A DNA stretch of 64,000 nt from an uncultured Chloroflexia bacterium. GTDB lineage: Bacteria; Chloroflexota; Limnocylindria; Limnocylindrales; CSP1-4. This document shows, in pieces, positions 1 to 8,870 of this stretch. Positions within the stretch are counted from its first letter, which is position 1; each line of letters begins with the position of its first letter. The stretch is from assembly GCA_963844945.1 (NCBI GenBank), contig CAWJQZ010000024.1:8116-72115 (forward strand), in the 5' to 3' direction. Both the position numbers and the translations under genes were made by a program. The notes under the pieces are model-generated. The model searched no databases. It saw only the letters and a program-made list of their open reading frames with translations, and was not told where the DNA came from.

Positions 1-154
1 CGACGAACTCGGCGCGATGCTCGCGCGCCAGCTCGCCGATCCGGACGATCGCGTCCAGCCGCGCCTGCGCGAACCGCGCCTGCGCCTCGCCTTCGAGGAA
101 GTGCCGCGTCATCCCCAGCTGCCAGTCGGCCGAGTGGATGAAGCGGACGGTCAC
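1..154 (-). CDS. SbcD/Mre11-family metallophosphoesterase (DNA repair nuclease), N-terminal part only; runs off the window
   Basis: Manual translation VTVRFIHSADWQLGMTRHFLEGEAQARFAQARLDAIVRIGELAREHRAEFV; HSADWQLG is motif I of the actinobacterial Rv1277-like SbcD group. GTG start overlaps the upstream TGA (GTGA, 151-154). Confidence 0.85.
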   Translation of the reverse strand, partial: MTVRFIHSADWQLGMTRHFLEGEAQARFAQARLDAIVRIGELAREHRAEFV

Positions 155-3100
155 GCCGACGCCTCGCGGTACCGGTTGGGGCAGAGGCGCGCGTAGTCGC
201 AGCGCTCGCACGTCCGATACCCCGGCGACGCCGCGAACTCGCCGGCACGGATGCGCCCGACGGTCTCGACGATCGCCGCCCGGTAGGCGTCGAGCTGCTC
301 GTCCGTCCGCGACGTGGAGAGGGCGAGGTCCTCGTCGACGAAGTAGAGCGTGAGCTTCGTGGGCGTGGGGAGCGGGGCGCCCGTGGCCGGGTCCGTCACG
401 GCGCCCTCGCGGAGGGCGAGGGCGTAGACGGAGAGCTGCGGATCCGCGTCCACGTCCTTCTGCGTCTTCGAGTGACCAGTCTTGTAGTCGATGATCTCGA
501 TGGAGCCGTCCGGCCGGCGATCGATCCGGTCGATCTGGCCGACGAACGGGATAGGGTCGGCGCCGGTGCCGGCGTCGATCCGCATGACGAAGTCCGCCTC
601 CACGCGGATCGCGGTCGCCGGGTTGGCGAGCTCGCGCTGGTAGAAGCGCGCGAGGACCGGCTCCTTCCGCGACTCGTACATCGCCGCCCGTTCCGCGTCG
701 CCGAGGAGCGTGGGGTCCCACGCGCGGTCGAAGGCCGCGCGCAGCTCCGGCAGGCCGGGCGGGGGCTCACCGGCCGCCTCGGCCGCCCGCTTGGCCGTGA
801 CGAAGTCCTCGAAGGCCTTGTGGACGGCCGACCCGAACGTGAAGTAGCCGCGCTCCCGCACGACGGGCACGCGGTAGACCTTCTCGAAGGCGTAGCGGAG
901 CGGGCACTCACGGTAGGTGCTGAGCTGCGAGTGGCTGAACGCCGAGGGGAGCGACGCGAGCTCGAGGAGGAGCCGGCCCGCCGGGTCGTGGCGGGAGAGG
1001 ACGCGGAGCGTGACCGGGTCGACGCCGTTGCGGCGCTGGTCGTCGGCGACGCCGGCGGCCTCCTCTGCGACGTCCACCAGCTCGGCGATGACCGCGGCCC
1101 GCCCCGCGGCATCGTCCGGTGCGAGCACTTCGAGCGCCCCGATGAGCTCCACGGCGCGACGGCGGAGCGCGAAGCGCCGCTCGAACGCCGCGGGGACCGG
1201 CATGAGGCGGAGCAGGCGCGCCTGCGTGGCGGCGGTGGCCGCCGCGAGGTCGGCGGCGAAGGCATCGTCGGAGAGGACGAACCCGCCGAACCCGGCGCCG
1301 CCCGGCCCCTCCTCGTCCTCCTCCGGCGCGGGGATCTCCGAGGGCGCGACCACGGTCACCGCGACGTCGTCCGGCCCGCCGCCCCAGCGCGCGATCGTGG
1401 GCCCGGTGCCGCCGTGGATCGCGGGGTCCCTGGCGATGCCGCCCTCCGGCGCGACCTCCGCCGCGAAGCGGCTGGGGCGGCCGTCGCCGTCGATCGCCGA
1501 GAGGACCAGGCGCCGCCGGGCGCGGGTCATGGCGACGAAGAGGAGGCGGCGCTCCTCGGCGATCGCGTACTCGGTGGGCGGGGTCTGGTGGAGGAGCTCG
1601 ACGGGGATCGGCAGGGCGGTGCCGCGGTTGGACGGGAACTTCCCCTCGACCAGGCGCGGGACCAGCACCACCTCGTACTCGAGGCCCTTCGCCTGGTAGA
1701 CGGTCATGAGCTGGACGCCGTCCGCGTCGCCGACGTCGGGCGGCTCCTGGTCGATGTCGCCGGCCATCTGCTGGTAGACGTCGAGGTACGCGACGAAGTC
1801 GGCGAGCGACCCCGTGGGACGGGCCCGCTGCCAGTCCGCGACGAACCGCATGAACCGCGCGATCGCGAGGGCGGCACGCTGCGCCTCGGGCGTCTCGATC
1901 GCCACGAGGTCGGTCAGGACGCCGGTCCGGGCGAGGTACTCGTCGAGGACCGTGTGCGGGCCCTCGCGGTTCGCGCGGGCCGAGAGGTCGCCGATCGCGG
2001 CGAAGACCTGCGTCAGCTTGGCGCGGAGGCCCGCGTCCACCTGCTCGCGGTGGCTCCGCGGCGGCTGCGGCACGGACCCGCCGTTCTCCCCGTCGCCGGG
2101 CGGCGGGACGAAGTCGGCGGGCGGCCCGTCGACCCGGATCGTCCCTGCCGCGAGGATCTCCGACGCGGCGACGAAGACCGGCCGGCGGTCGAACGAGGCC
2201 GCACGCGTCACGCGGAGGATCTCCACCGCGTCGAGCCGCCACGGCGCCGCGGAGAGGAGGCGCGTGAAGCTGACGGAGTCCTCGGGGTCGGCGATGGTGC
2301 GGAGGGCGGCCTCGAGGTCGCGGATGTCCTGCTGGAGGAAGAGCCCGGCCCCGCCGATGACGACGTGGGGGATCCCCGCGCGGCGGAGCCGGTCCACCAG
2401 CAGGTCGCGATGGGAATGCGCGCGGTAGAGGACGGCGAGGTCGCCCCAGCGCTTGGGGCGGGTCCGGCCGTCCGGGAGCTCCACCATCTCCGGGAGGGTC
2501 GCGTACAGGTCGCGGACCCGGTCGATGAGCACCTCCGCCTCGTCCTCCTCCGTGGGGCTCAGGACGAGCTCCACGGGGTCGCCGTCGGGGTGGCTGGGGC
2601 GGAGAGGGCCGGCGCCCTCCTTCAGCCGCTCCGGGTTGACGGCGATGAGGCGCGACGCCGCCGAGAGGATCCGGGCCGACGACCGGCGGTTGAGGAGGAG
2701 CGGCCGGCGCGCGACCGGGACGGCCGGCCTGTCGGGTGCGAACGCGGGCGGCGCGGAGAAGATCCCCTCGAACTGGCGGAACGCGGCGAAGCTCGCTCCG
2801 CGGAACCGGTAGATCGACTGGTCGTCGTCGCCCACGACGACGACGTCGTCCGGGCGGTCCGGCGCACGGCCCACGAGCTCCACGAGGCGGATCTGCGCGA
2901 TGTTCGCGTCCTGGAACTCGTCGACGAGGACGTGACGGTATCGATTCTGGAGTCGTCGGAGGACGTTGGGCCGGCGCTCGAGCAGGCGGATCGCCGCCTG
3001 GATCTGCTCGCCGAAGTCGAGGGCGCCTCGACGACCGAGCTCCTCCTGGTACGCGGCGAAGACCTGGGCCTCCTCGCGGAGGCGGAGCACCTCGAGCGCC

Positions 3101-3897
3101 TCGGCGTCGCGGATGAGCGACGGGACCAGCGCGTCCACCGCGGCGCGCTGCTCGGGCGTGAGGTCGTGGTCGTGGCCGGCGTACCCATCCCCGCGCACCA
3201 CGCGACGCGCGACCTTCCGCGCCTCGCGATCGAGCGTGGGGCCGCCGAGGGCGGTGCGGACGTCGCGGACGTCGCGGACCATCCCGCGCTCCACGAGCGA
3301 CGCGACGGACGCGTCGAACGAGCCGGCGCCGTGCCGCTCCTCGAACGCCAGGCGCCGCTCCTCGGCGAAGGCCGCGTAGGCCTCGGGGGTGACCAGCTCG
3401 TCCTTCGCGCGGGAGATCAGGTCGGCGAAGGCGCCCACGGCCCGCGACGGGTCGTCGCCCCACACGTGGTAGACGAGGTCCAGGCGCGGGCGGATGTCGA
3501 GGAGGAGCAGACGCTGGCCAACGCCGTCGAGCACCTCGACCTCGTCCGGGAGACCGGCCTCGGCGGCGTTGTCGCGCAGGACCCCGTACCCGAACGTGTG
3601 GAAGTTGGCGATCGTCATCCGGCCGGCCCGCTCCACGCCGAGGCGGCGGCCGAAGCGATCGCCGAGCTCGCGCGCGGCCTTCACGTTGTACGTGAGGACG
3701 AGGATGTTCTCCGGCGTGAGCGAGGGATCGGTCTCGAGGAGCCAGCGGACGCGCTCGACGATGACGGTGGTCTTGCCGGTCCCCGCGCCGGCGAGGACCA
3801 TGAGGGGGCCGCCCGCCCACTCCACGATCTCCCGCTGCTCGGCGGTGAGGGTGAGGGCCGTCTCTGCGGGCGAGGCCTGCATCGCCGGGTCCGTCAT
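151..3897 (-). CDS. UvrD/PcrA-type SF1A helicase fused to a C-terminal PD-(D/E)XK nuclease with a 4-Cys Fe-S staple (AdnA/AdnB-like), 1248 aa
   Basis: Starts MTDPAMQ (ATGA overlap with upstream stop). Motifs AGAGTGKT, VLTYNVKAA, VDEFQD, VVGDDDQSIYRFRGA, MTVYQAKGLEY, EERRLLFVAMTRAR; nuclease SHSQLSTYRECP..GQIDRID..IIDYKTG..CERCDYARLCP. Confidence 0.92.
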   Translation of the reverse strand: MTDPAMQASPAETALTLTAEQREIVEWAGGPLMVLAGAGTGKTTVIVERVRWLLETDPSLTPENILVLTYNVKAARELGDRFGRRLGVERAGRMTIANFHTFGYGVLRDNAAEAGLPDEVEVLDGVGQRLLLLDIRPRLDLVYHVWGDDPSRAVGAFADLISRAKDELVTPEAYAAFAEERRLAFEERHGAGSFDASVASLVERGMVRDVRDVRTALGGPTLDREARKVARRVVRGDGYAGHDHDLTPEQRAAVDALVPSLIRDAEALEVLRLREEAQVFAAYQEELGRRGALDFGEQIQAAIRLLERRPNVLRRLQNRYRHVLVDEFQDANIAQIRLVELVGRAPDRPDDVVVVGDDDQSIYRFRGASFAAFRQFEGIFSAPPAFAPDRPAVPVARRPLLLNRRSSARILSAASRLIAVNPERLKEGAGPLRPSHPDGDPVELVLSPTEEDEAEVLIDRVRDLYATLPEMVELPDGRTRPKRWGDLAVLYRAHSHRDLLVDRLRRAGIPHVVIGGAGLFLQQDIRDLEAALRTIADPEDSVSFTRLLSAAPWRLDAVEILRVTRAASFDRRPVFVAASEILAAGTIRVDGPPADFVPPPGDGENGGSVPQPPRSHREQVDAGLRAKLTQVFAAIGDLSARANREGPHTVLDEYLARTGVLTDLVAIETPEAQRAALAIARFMRFVADWQRARPTGSLADFVAYLDVYQQMAGDIDQEPPDVGDADGVQLMTVYQAKGLEYEVVLVPRLVEGKFPSNRGTALPIPVELLHQTPPTEYAIAEERRLLFVAMTRARRRLVLSAIDGDGRPSRFAAEVAPEGGIARDPAIHGGTGPTIARWGGGPDDVAVTVVAPSEIPAPEEDEEGPGGAGFGGFVLSDDAFAADLAAATAATQARLLRLMPVPAAFERRFALRRRAVELIGALEVLAPDDAAGRAAVIAELVDVAEEAAGVADDQRRNGVDPVTLRVLSRHDPAGRLLLELASLPSAFSHSQLSTYRECPLRYAFEKVYRVPVVRERGYFTFGSAVHKAFEDFVTAKRAAEAAGEPPPGLPELRAAFDRAWDPTLLGDAERAAMYESRKEPVLARFYQRELANPATAIRVEADFVMRIDAGTGADPIPFVGQIDRIDRRPDGSIEIIDYKTGHSKTQKDVDADPQLSVYALALREGAVTDPATGAPLPTPTKLTLYFVDEDLALSTSRTDEQLDAYRAAIVETVGRIRAGEFAASPGYRTCERCDYARLCPNRYREASA

Positions 3898-5648
3898 GCG
3901 AGCCGCTCCGCGATGGCGGGCGGCGCGACGACGACGAGGTGGTCGCGGGCCCGGGTGATCCCGACGTAGAGGAGCTGGTCCAGGCGCGGGTCGTCCGGCC
4001 GGAGGTCGGTGAGGATGACGACCTTCTCGTCGAGGCCCTTGAAGCGGTGGATGGTCTCGCAGAGGACGGTGTCCGACGGCTGGTCGGGCACGGCGTCGGC
4101 CGAGAGCCCGAGGTTGCGGCCGGCGTCGTCCACGCTCCCGTTCCACAGGACGCTGTTGCCGAAGGTGCGCTGCCGCCACACGTCGCTCTTCGCGAGGGCC
4201 GTCCCGAGGAGGACGACGACGTCCCACGGCGGGACCTTGCCGTCGTCGAGGATCCGGTGGAGCGCCTTGCGCACCTCGTCCACCGTGGCAGCCCCGGGCG
4301 CGGCGGTGACGATCTCCACGCCGCCCGGGTCGTCCCGCAGCGCCACCGACCCCGTGGCTCGCCCGGCGAACCGCTCCGCGAGGTCGTGGATCGCCCCCGT
4401 GTTGCGGCAGTCCTCCTGGAGCGCATAGGTCATGAGGCCGAGCGAGTCGACCTCGTCGTCCCGGTACAGCGCCTGGCCCGGGTCGTGGAAGACGAACAGC
4501 ACGTCCGCGACGGGATCCTCGAGGAGGAAGCTGAGGGCCTCGAGCCAGTCGCGGGCGAAGTCCTGCCCCTCGTCCACGACGATCGCGTGGAACCGGTCGG
4601 GGACCCGGTCGATCGCCTCCATGAGGCCGTTCGCGATCGCGTCGAACCACGCGGGCCGCAGTGCAGGATCCACGGGCATCGGCGGCAGGAGGCCCGCCTT
4701 CTCCTCGAGACGTCGGGCGAGGTCGTGGAAGGTGGTCGCCTCGAGGTATCCGGTCTGCATGAGGTCCGCGAGCGCCTCGTCCCGCCGGAACGCCCGGGCG
4801 AGCGGCTGGTTGAAGCAGACGAGCAGCGTCCGATACCGCTCGCGCGCCAGGCGCCGGGCCTTCTCCATCGCGAGCTGCGTCTTCCCGGTCCCGGCGCCGC
4901 CCGAGATCGCCACGCGGCGGTTCCGCGTGCCGAGCGCGTCGAGGGTGCGCACCTGATGCGCCGTCAGCTGCCGGACAGCGTCCTCGCCCCGCTCCACCGT
5001 GCGGCGGAGGATGGGCCGCAGCTCCACGGGGCGCGCGATGGCCCGGTCGATCACCTCGAGGTCCCGCGCTGGGAGCGGCCGGCCGCCGCCGGGCCCCAGC
5101 CAGAACGTCCACGCGCGCTCGATGGCGGCGCGCGCGGCGGCGTCCGTCGCGAGGTCCTCCGCGTCGAGGCAGATCTCGCGCGGGGCATCGAGCCCGAGGG
5201 AGCGCACGCCGGGTCCGACCGAGGCCCAGTCGACCTCGGGGAACGCGACGGCATGCCCGTCCCGCGGGTCGCCCCCGACCCAGTCGGGATCCTCCGTGAG
5301 GAGCCGGACGAGCCGATGCTTCCCGCGCATCGCCTGCTCGAACGGCGAAAGCTCCAGGTGGCGGTGCCCGGCGAACCAGCGGCCCTGCCCGTCGACGCGG
5401 ACCGTCCCGCCCTTCACCTCGACGACGAGGATGCCGCGCTCGGGATCCACGACCAGGACGTCCGTCTCGCCGTCGGCGTTCGGCCCTTCCGCGCCCGACC
5501 CTTCCCCCGGCGCGGCGATCCACCGCACGTTGCGATGGAGGCGGACGGCGTCGGGCAGGGCCGACCGCAGTCGCGCATACACCACGTCCTCGGGAGATCC
5601 CCCGTGTCCGGGGACGGAATCACCCACGGTACGGCTGGATACCCCCAT
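3894..5648 (-). CDS. NERD nuclease domain fused to an SF1 (UvrD-like) helicase, about 584 aa
   Basis: NERD GETDVLVVDPERGILVVEVKGG; Walker A GGAGTGKT; VVDEGQD; TIHRFKGLD; LYVGITRAR. Start chosen at MGVSSR. Confidence 0.88.
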   Translation of the reverse strand: MGVSSRTVGDSVPGHGGSPEDVVYARLRSALPDAVRLHRNVRWIAAPGEGSGAEGPNADGETDVLVVDPERGILVVEVKGGTVRVDGQGRWFAGHRHLELSPFEQAMRGKHRLVRLLTEDPDWVGGDPRDGHAVAFPEVDWASVGPGVRSLGLDAPREICLDAEDLATDAAARAAIERAWTFWLGPGGGRPLPARDLEVIDRAIARPVELRPILRRTVERGEDAVRQLTAHQVRTLDALGTRNRRVAISGGAGTGKTQLAMEKARRLARERYRTLLVCFNQPLARAFRRDEALADLMQTGYLEATTFHDLARRLEEKAGLLPPMPVDPALRPAWFDAIANGLMEAIDRVPDRFHAIVVDEGQDFARDWLEALSFLLEDPVADVLFVFHDPGQALYRDDEVDSLGLMTYALQEDCRNTGAIHDLAERFAGRATGSVALRDDPGGVEIVTAAPGAATVDEVRKALHRILDDGKVPPWDVVVLLGTALAKSDVWRQRTFGNSVLWNGSVDDAGRNLGLSADAVPDQPSDTVLCETIHRFKGLDEKVVILTDLRPDDPRLDQLLYVGITRARDHLVVVAPPAIAERLA

Positions 5649-5818
5649 GGCCCCCTGGTCCGGACCGCCGTCCGACGGCCCGCATCGACATGGAGCGTAC
5701 AGCGCGGGGATCGCCTCCGGGTCACGTCCGGGATGGCGCGGGGCGGCCGGATGCCCCCAGCACCGGCCGCCCCGCATGGGGCCCGGGACGCGTGCGAGAG
5801 GAGGCGCGACGACGGCAC

Positions 5819-6493
5819 TCAGGGGACGAGCCCGTCGGGCGGGTCGGGGGGCTCCCGCCGGTGGATGGAGAGGCGGACGACGCGGCCGTCCACGACCCGC
5901 GCGGATCCCTCGACGCGCTCGCCGCGGATCGGGACGATGACGTCCGCAGGGGCCGGCGCCGCAGCCGCCCGATCCGCCACGGGCCCAGGGGCCGGCGCCC
6001 GGGCGGGCGCGACCGGGGCCGCGTCGACCGGCGCCGCATCCCCGACCGCAACGGAGGCCCGGCGAAGGAGGCGGCCCGGCGCTCCGTCGTCCGGCCTTCC
6101 CCGCCCGGGCGCCGGCGTCCGACGGGCGCGGATCGCGTCGCGCTCGCGCGCCCAGGCCTCGGCGGAGTCGGCGACGATGCCCGGCCACGCGGCGGCGAGC
6201 GCGTCCGGATCGGCGAAGGTCTCCACGCCGACGAGGCGGTCGTACAGGCCCACGGCCACCCCGACGGCGCCGGGAGGAAGCGGGAAGTCGGCGGCCTGCG
6301 GGAGCCCGTCCGTGCGCGCGTCGGCCGCATCCCCGCCGCGGCCGAGGACCACCAGCGTCAGGCCGTCCCTCGACTGCGTGACGATCGGATGCAGGCCGGC
6401 CAGCGCGGCGGCGACGGCACGCCGGGCCGCGGCATCCCCGCCCGGGACCGGTGCTCCGTGATGTCCCGCGTGGCGCCCTGCCGATCGGTCCAT
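5819..6493 (-). CDS. ARPP-1/DUF6569-like protein, apparently lacking the central region
   Basis: FPLPPGAVGVAVGLYDRLVGVETFADPDALAAAWPGIV and RGERVEGSARVVDGRVVRLSIH resemble the C-terminal half of ARPP-1 as I recall it; start uncertain. Confidence 0.55.
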   Translation of the reverse strand: MDRSAGRHAGHHGAPVPGGDAAARRAVAAALAGLHPIVTQSRDGLTLVVLGRGGDAADARTDGLPQAADFPLPPGAVGVAVGLYDRLVGVETFADPDALAAAWPGIVADSAEAWARERDAIRARRTPAPGRGRPDDGAPGRLLRRASVAVGDAAPVDAAPVAPARAPAPGPVADRAAAAPAPADVIVPIRGERVEGSARVVDGRVVRLSIHRREPPDPPDGLVP

Positions 6494-6568
6494 GCGCACG
6501 AGGCTGTCAGGCCCCCGTGCCACCTTCCCTGGCACGACGGGCCGCCGTGTCCCTGGTGCAGGCGGCCC

Positions 6569-8023
6569 TCAGACCCCGGTCTCGGCCTCGACCCTGCCGG
6601 ACGCGATCGCGGCCCTGAGCGCGGCGAGGTCCTTCTCCGTCTGGTCGGCGTACCGGTCTGCGAAGGCGGCGACCGACTCCTCGAATGCGGTGCCGGACCC
6701 CAGGTACCCCGCGATCATCAGCGGGTCGCCGGACCGTCCGTGCGCGTGGGCGAGCGTCGTCCCGCACAGGCGCAGGTACGTGACCAGCTCGTACGGGTTC
6801 ATGAGGGTGACGTCGAAGCTCCCCTTCCAGTCGCGGAGCTGGCGCCAGTAGTAGTCGTGGCCCTGCTCGTCCCAACCCCAGCCGAGGAAGGAGTCCGAGG
6901 CGGCCTGGATCATCCGCTGACCGGCCACCACCCGCTCGCCGTGCGTCCGATACCGGCTCTTCGGCAGGAAGTGCTCCAGGACGGACTCCTGCGCTTCCTT
7001 GATCTGGAGGAAGAGCGGGTCGTCCTGGCCGGCCGAGAAGTAGACGACGAAGCAGCGCGTCCCCACCGAGCCGACGCCGACGACCTTGAGCGCGACGTCG
7101 CGCAGGTCGTAGCGTGCCAGGAGCGTCCGGTGGTCGCCGAGAAGCGTCCGGCGGTAGCGCGCGAACCGCCGCTTGATGCGGTCCATGTCCACGAGGTCGG
7201 GGCGGCGGACGATGAGGGGCGGCGACTCCGCGATCATCGGGGCGCCGGTCTTCGGGTCGGGGGCGAGCTTGAGCGCGTGCGCGGTGTCACGGGCGAACGC
7301 CTCGGCGACGACGGACCGGAGCATCCGTTCGGCACGCGCGCTGGCCGCGGCGGCCCTCGCGATCTCCTCTTCGTCGATGTGCGAATACCAGACGTCGAGC
7401 GTCCGCATCTGCGCGAGGGCGAGCATCGCGTTCCGGTATGCCTCGGCGGCATGGCGCGCGGCATCGAGCCCCGCGCCCTTCGGGTGGCCGAGCGACCGCG
7501 ACGCGACGACCGCGCTCGCCGCGAGGCGCTTGACGTCCCATTCGAACGGGCCCGGGAGCGTCTCGTCGAAGTCGTTCACGTCGAAGAGGAGGTTGCGCTC
7601 AGGCGACGCGTAGAAGCCGAAGTTCGCGACGTGCGCGTCGCCAGCGAGCTGGGCGTCGAGCCCGGCGACCGGGGTCGGCGCGAGGTCCGCGGCCATGACG
7701 TAGGCCGCGCCACGGAGGAACGCGAAGGCGGACGCCGCCATGCGTCCGTATCGGATGGGGACGAGGTCCTGGATCCGCGTCGCCGCCTGCTCCTGGAGGA
7801 GCGCGATCGGGTCGGGGCGGTCCGCCGCGGGCTTCCACTCCGCGTGCGCCTCGCGGGGGGTCCGCTCCCGCAGCGCCCGACCCTTCTCGTACCGTGCCGC
7901 CCGCTCCGGGTCGGAGCGCACGCCGAACAGCGTGGGCGGAGGTGGGCGGAATGAGCCGCCGCGCGCCGGGACGATGGCCCGCGTCTTCGCCTTCTTCCTC
8001 ATGACGAGGCGACGATACGCCAC
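6569..8023 (-). CDS. DUF2252 family protein (kinase-like fold)
   Basis: RIQDLVPIRYGRM, FLRGAA, GDAHVANFG, FDVNDFDE, KVVGVGSVGTRC, RQLRDWKG, AHGRSGD. True start may be MRKK at 8002. Confidence 0.9.
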   Translation of the reverse strand: MAYRRLVMRKKAKTRAIVPARGGSFRPPPPTLFGVRSDPERAARYEKGRALRERTPREAHAEWKPAADRPDPIALLQEQAATRIQDLVPIRYGRMAASAFAFLRGAAYVMAADLAPTPVAGLDAQLAGDAHVANFGFYASPERNLLFDVNDFDETLPGPFEWDVKRLAASAVVASRSLGHPKGAGLDAARHAAEAYRNAMLALAQMRTLDVWYSHIDEEEIARAAAASARAERMLRSVVAEAFARDTAHALKLAPDPKTGAPMIAESPPLIVRRPDLVDMDRIKRRFARYRRTLLGDHRTLLARYDLRDVALKVVGVGSVGTRCFVVYFSAGQDDPLFLQIKEAQESVLEHFLPKSRYRTHGERVVAGQRMIQAASDSFLGWGWDEQGHDYYWRQLRDWKGSFDVTLMNPYELVTYLRLCGTTLAHAHGRSGDPLMIAGYLGSGTAFEESVAAFADRYADQTEKDLAALRAAIASGRVEAETGV

Positions 8024-8033
8024 TGCCGATGCG

Positions 8034-8719
8034 TCAATCGGGCACGCAGAGCGCCCACGCCTCGTTGGCTGCGTCCGCCGACCCGAAGCGGACCGTCCAG
8101 TACCGAGGGTTCGTGCCGTACGTCGTGGACCCGTCGGCGGTCGACGGGTAGCTGCCCCACATCGGGACCGAGACCTGGCCCGCCCATCCGCCGCCGCCGG
8201 TCGCGTGTTGACCGGCTCCGCAGTCGACCGTGAGGCTGGCGTGGGAGCCGGAGGCGTGGACGATCGTCACGGTCGCCGTGCCGGCAGGGCCGGTCGGACC
8301 CGTGGTGCCGGCAAGGCCCTGGACGCCGGTCGGGCCGGCGGGGCCGGCGGGGCCCTGGGGCCGGTGGGGCCGACGGGGCCCGTGGGGCCGGTGGGGCCGG
8401 TGGGGCCGGCGACAGCCTGGGCGCCGGCAGCTCCGGTCGCTCCGGCGAGACCCTGGGCACCCGTCGCCCCGGTCGGGCCGGTGGGCCCGGGCACACCCGC
8501 GACATTGATCGGCACGAGGCGCCCGCCCGTCGGCAGCCGGCACGTGTTGACGTCCGTGATCCGGACGTTGCCGTAGCTGTCGTAGCAGGCGTAGAGGACC
8601 GTCGGCGTCGAGGCGGCGAGCGTCCCGCCCGCCCCTGCGGCGACGATCGCGACGGCAGTGCCGACGACCGCGGCCCGGCGCACCGGCCCGGCGGATCCAC
8701 CGATCATCAGTCGCTTCAC
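8034..8719 (-). CDS. Secreted collagen-like protein (signal peptide, GXY/GPT repeats, Cys-containing C-terminal domain); one frameshift near 8355
   Basis: GGAGG RBS plus GTG at 8719; GVPGPTGPTGATGAQG..GPTGPTGPTGPVGPTGP continues in another frame as QGPAGPAGPTGVQGLAGTTGPTGPAG..VDCGAGQHATGGG..AWALCVPD. Confidence 0.8.
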
Positions 8720-8870
8720 GTTGGGAACCTCCTTGGGTCGCCCGCTGTCGCCACCCGGCAGCGGGCGCGGTCTCGGCGTCGGATGCATCCTCGTCCACGA
8801 GGGCGCGGCGCCGGATATGCCATCGGACCCTTCCTGCTCGTGCCGCTGCACCGATGCGGACGGAGCCGCG

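Noticed and set aside
151-950. Cas4-like 4-Cys nuclease as a CRISPR component
   Set aside because: It is the C-terminal domain of a UvrD fusion (AdnAB/AddB type) with no cas1/cas2 or array nearby.
8785-8806. GCATCCTCGTCCACGAGGGCGC upstream of the collagen-like gene as a fourth palindrome copy
   Set aside because: Spacing and half-sites differ from the 25-bp consensus; worth only a PWM check.
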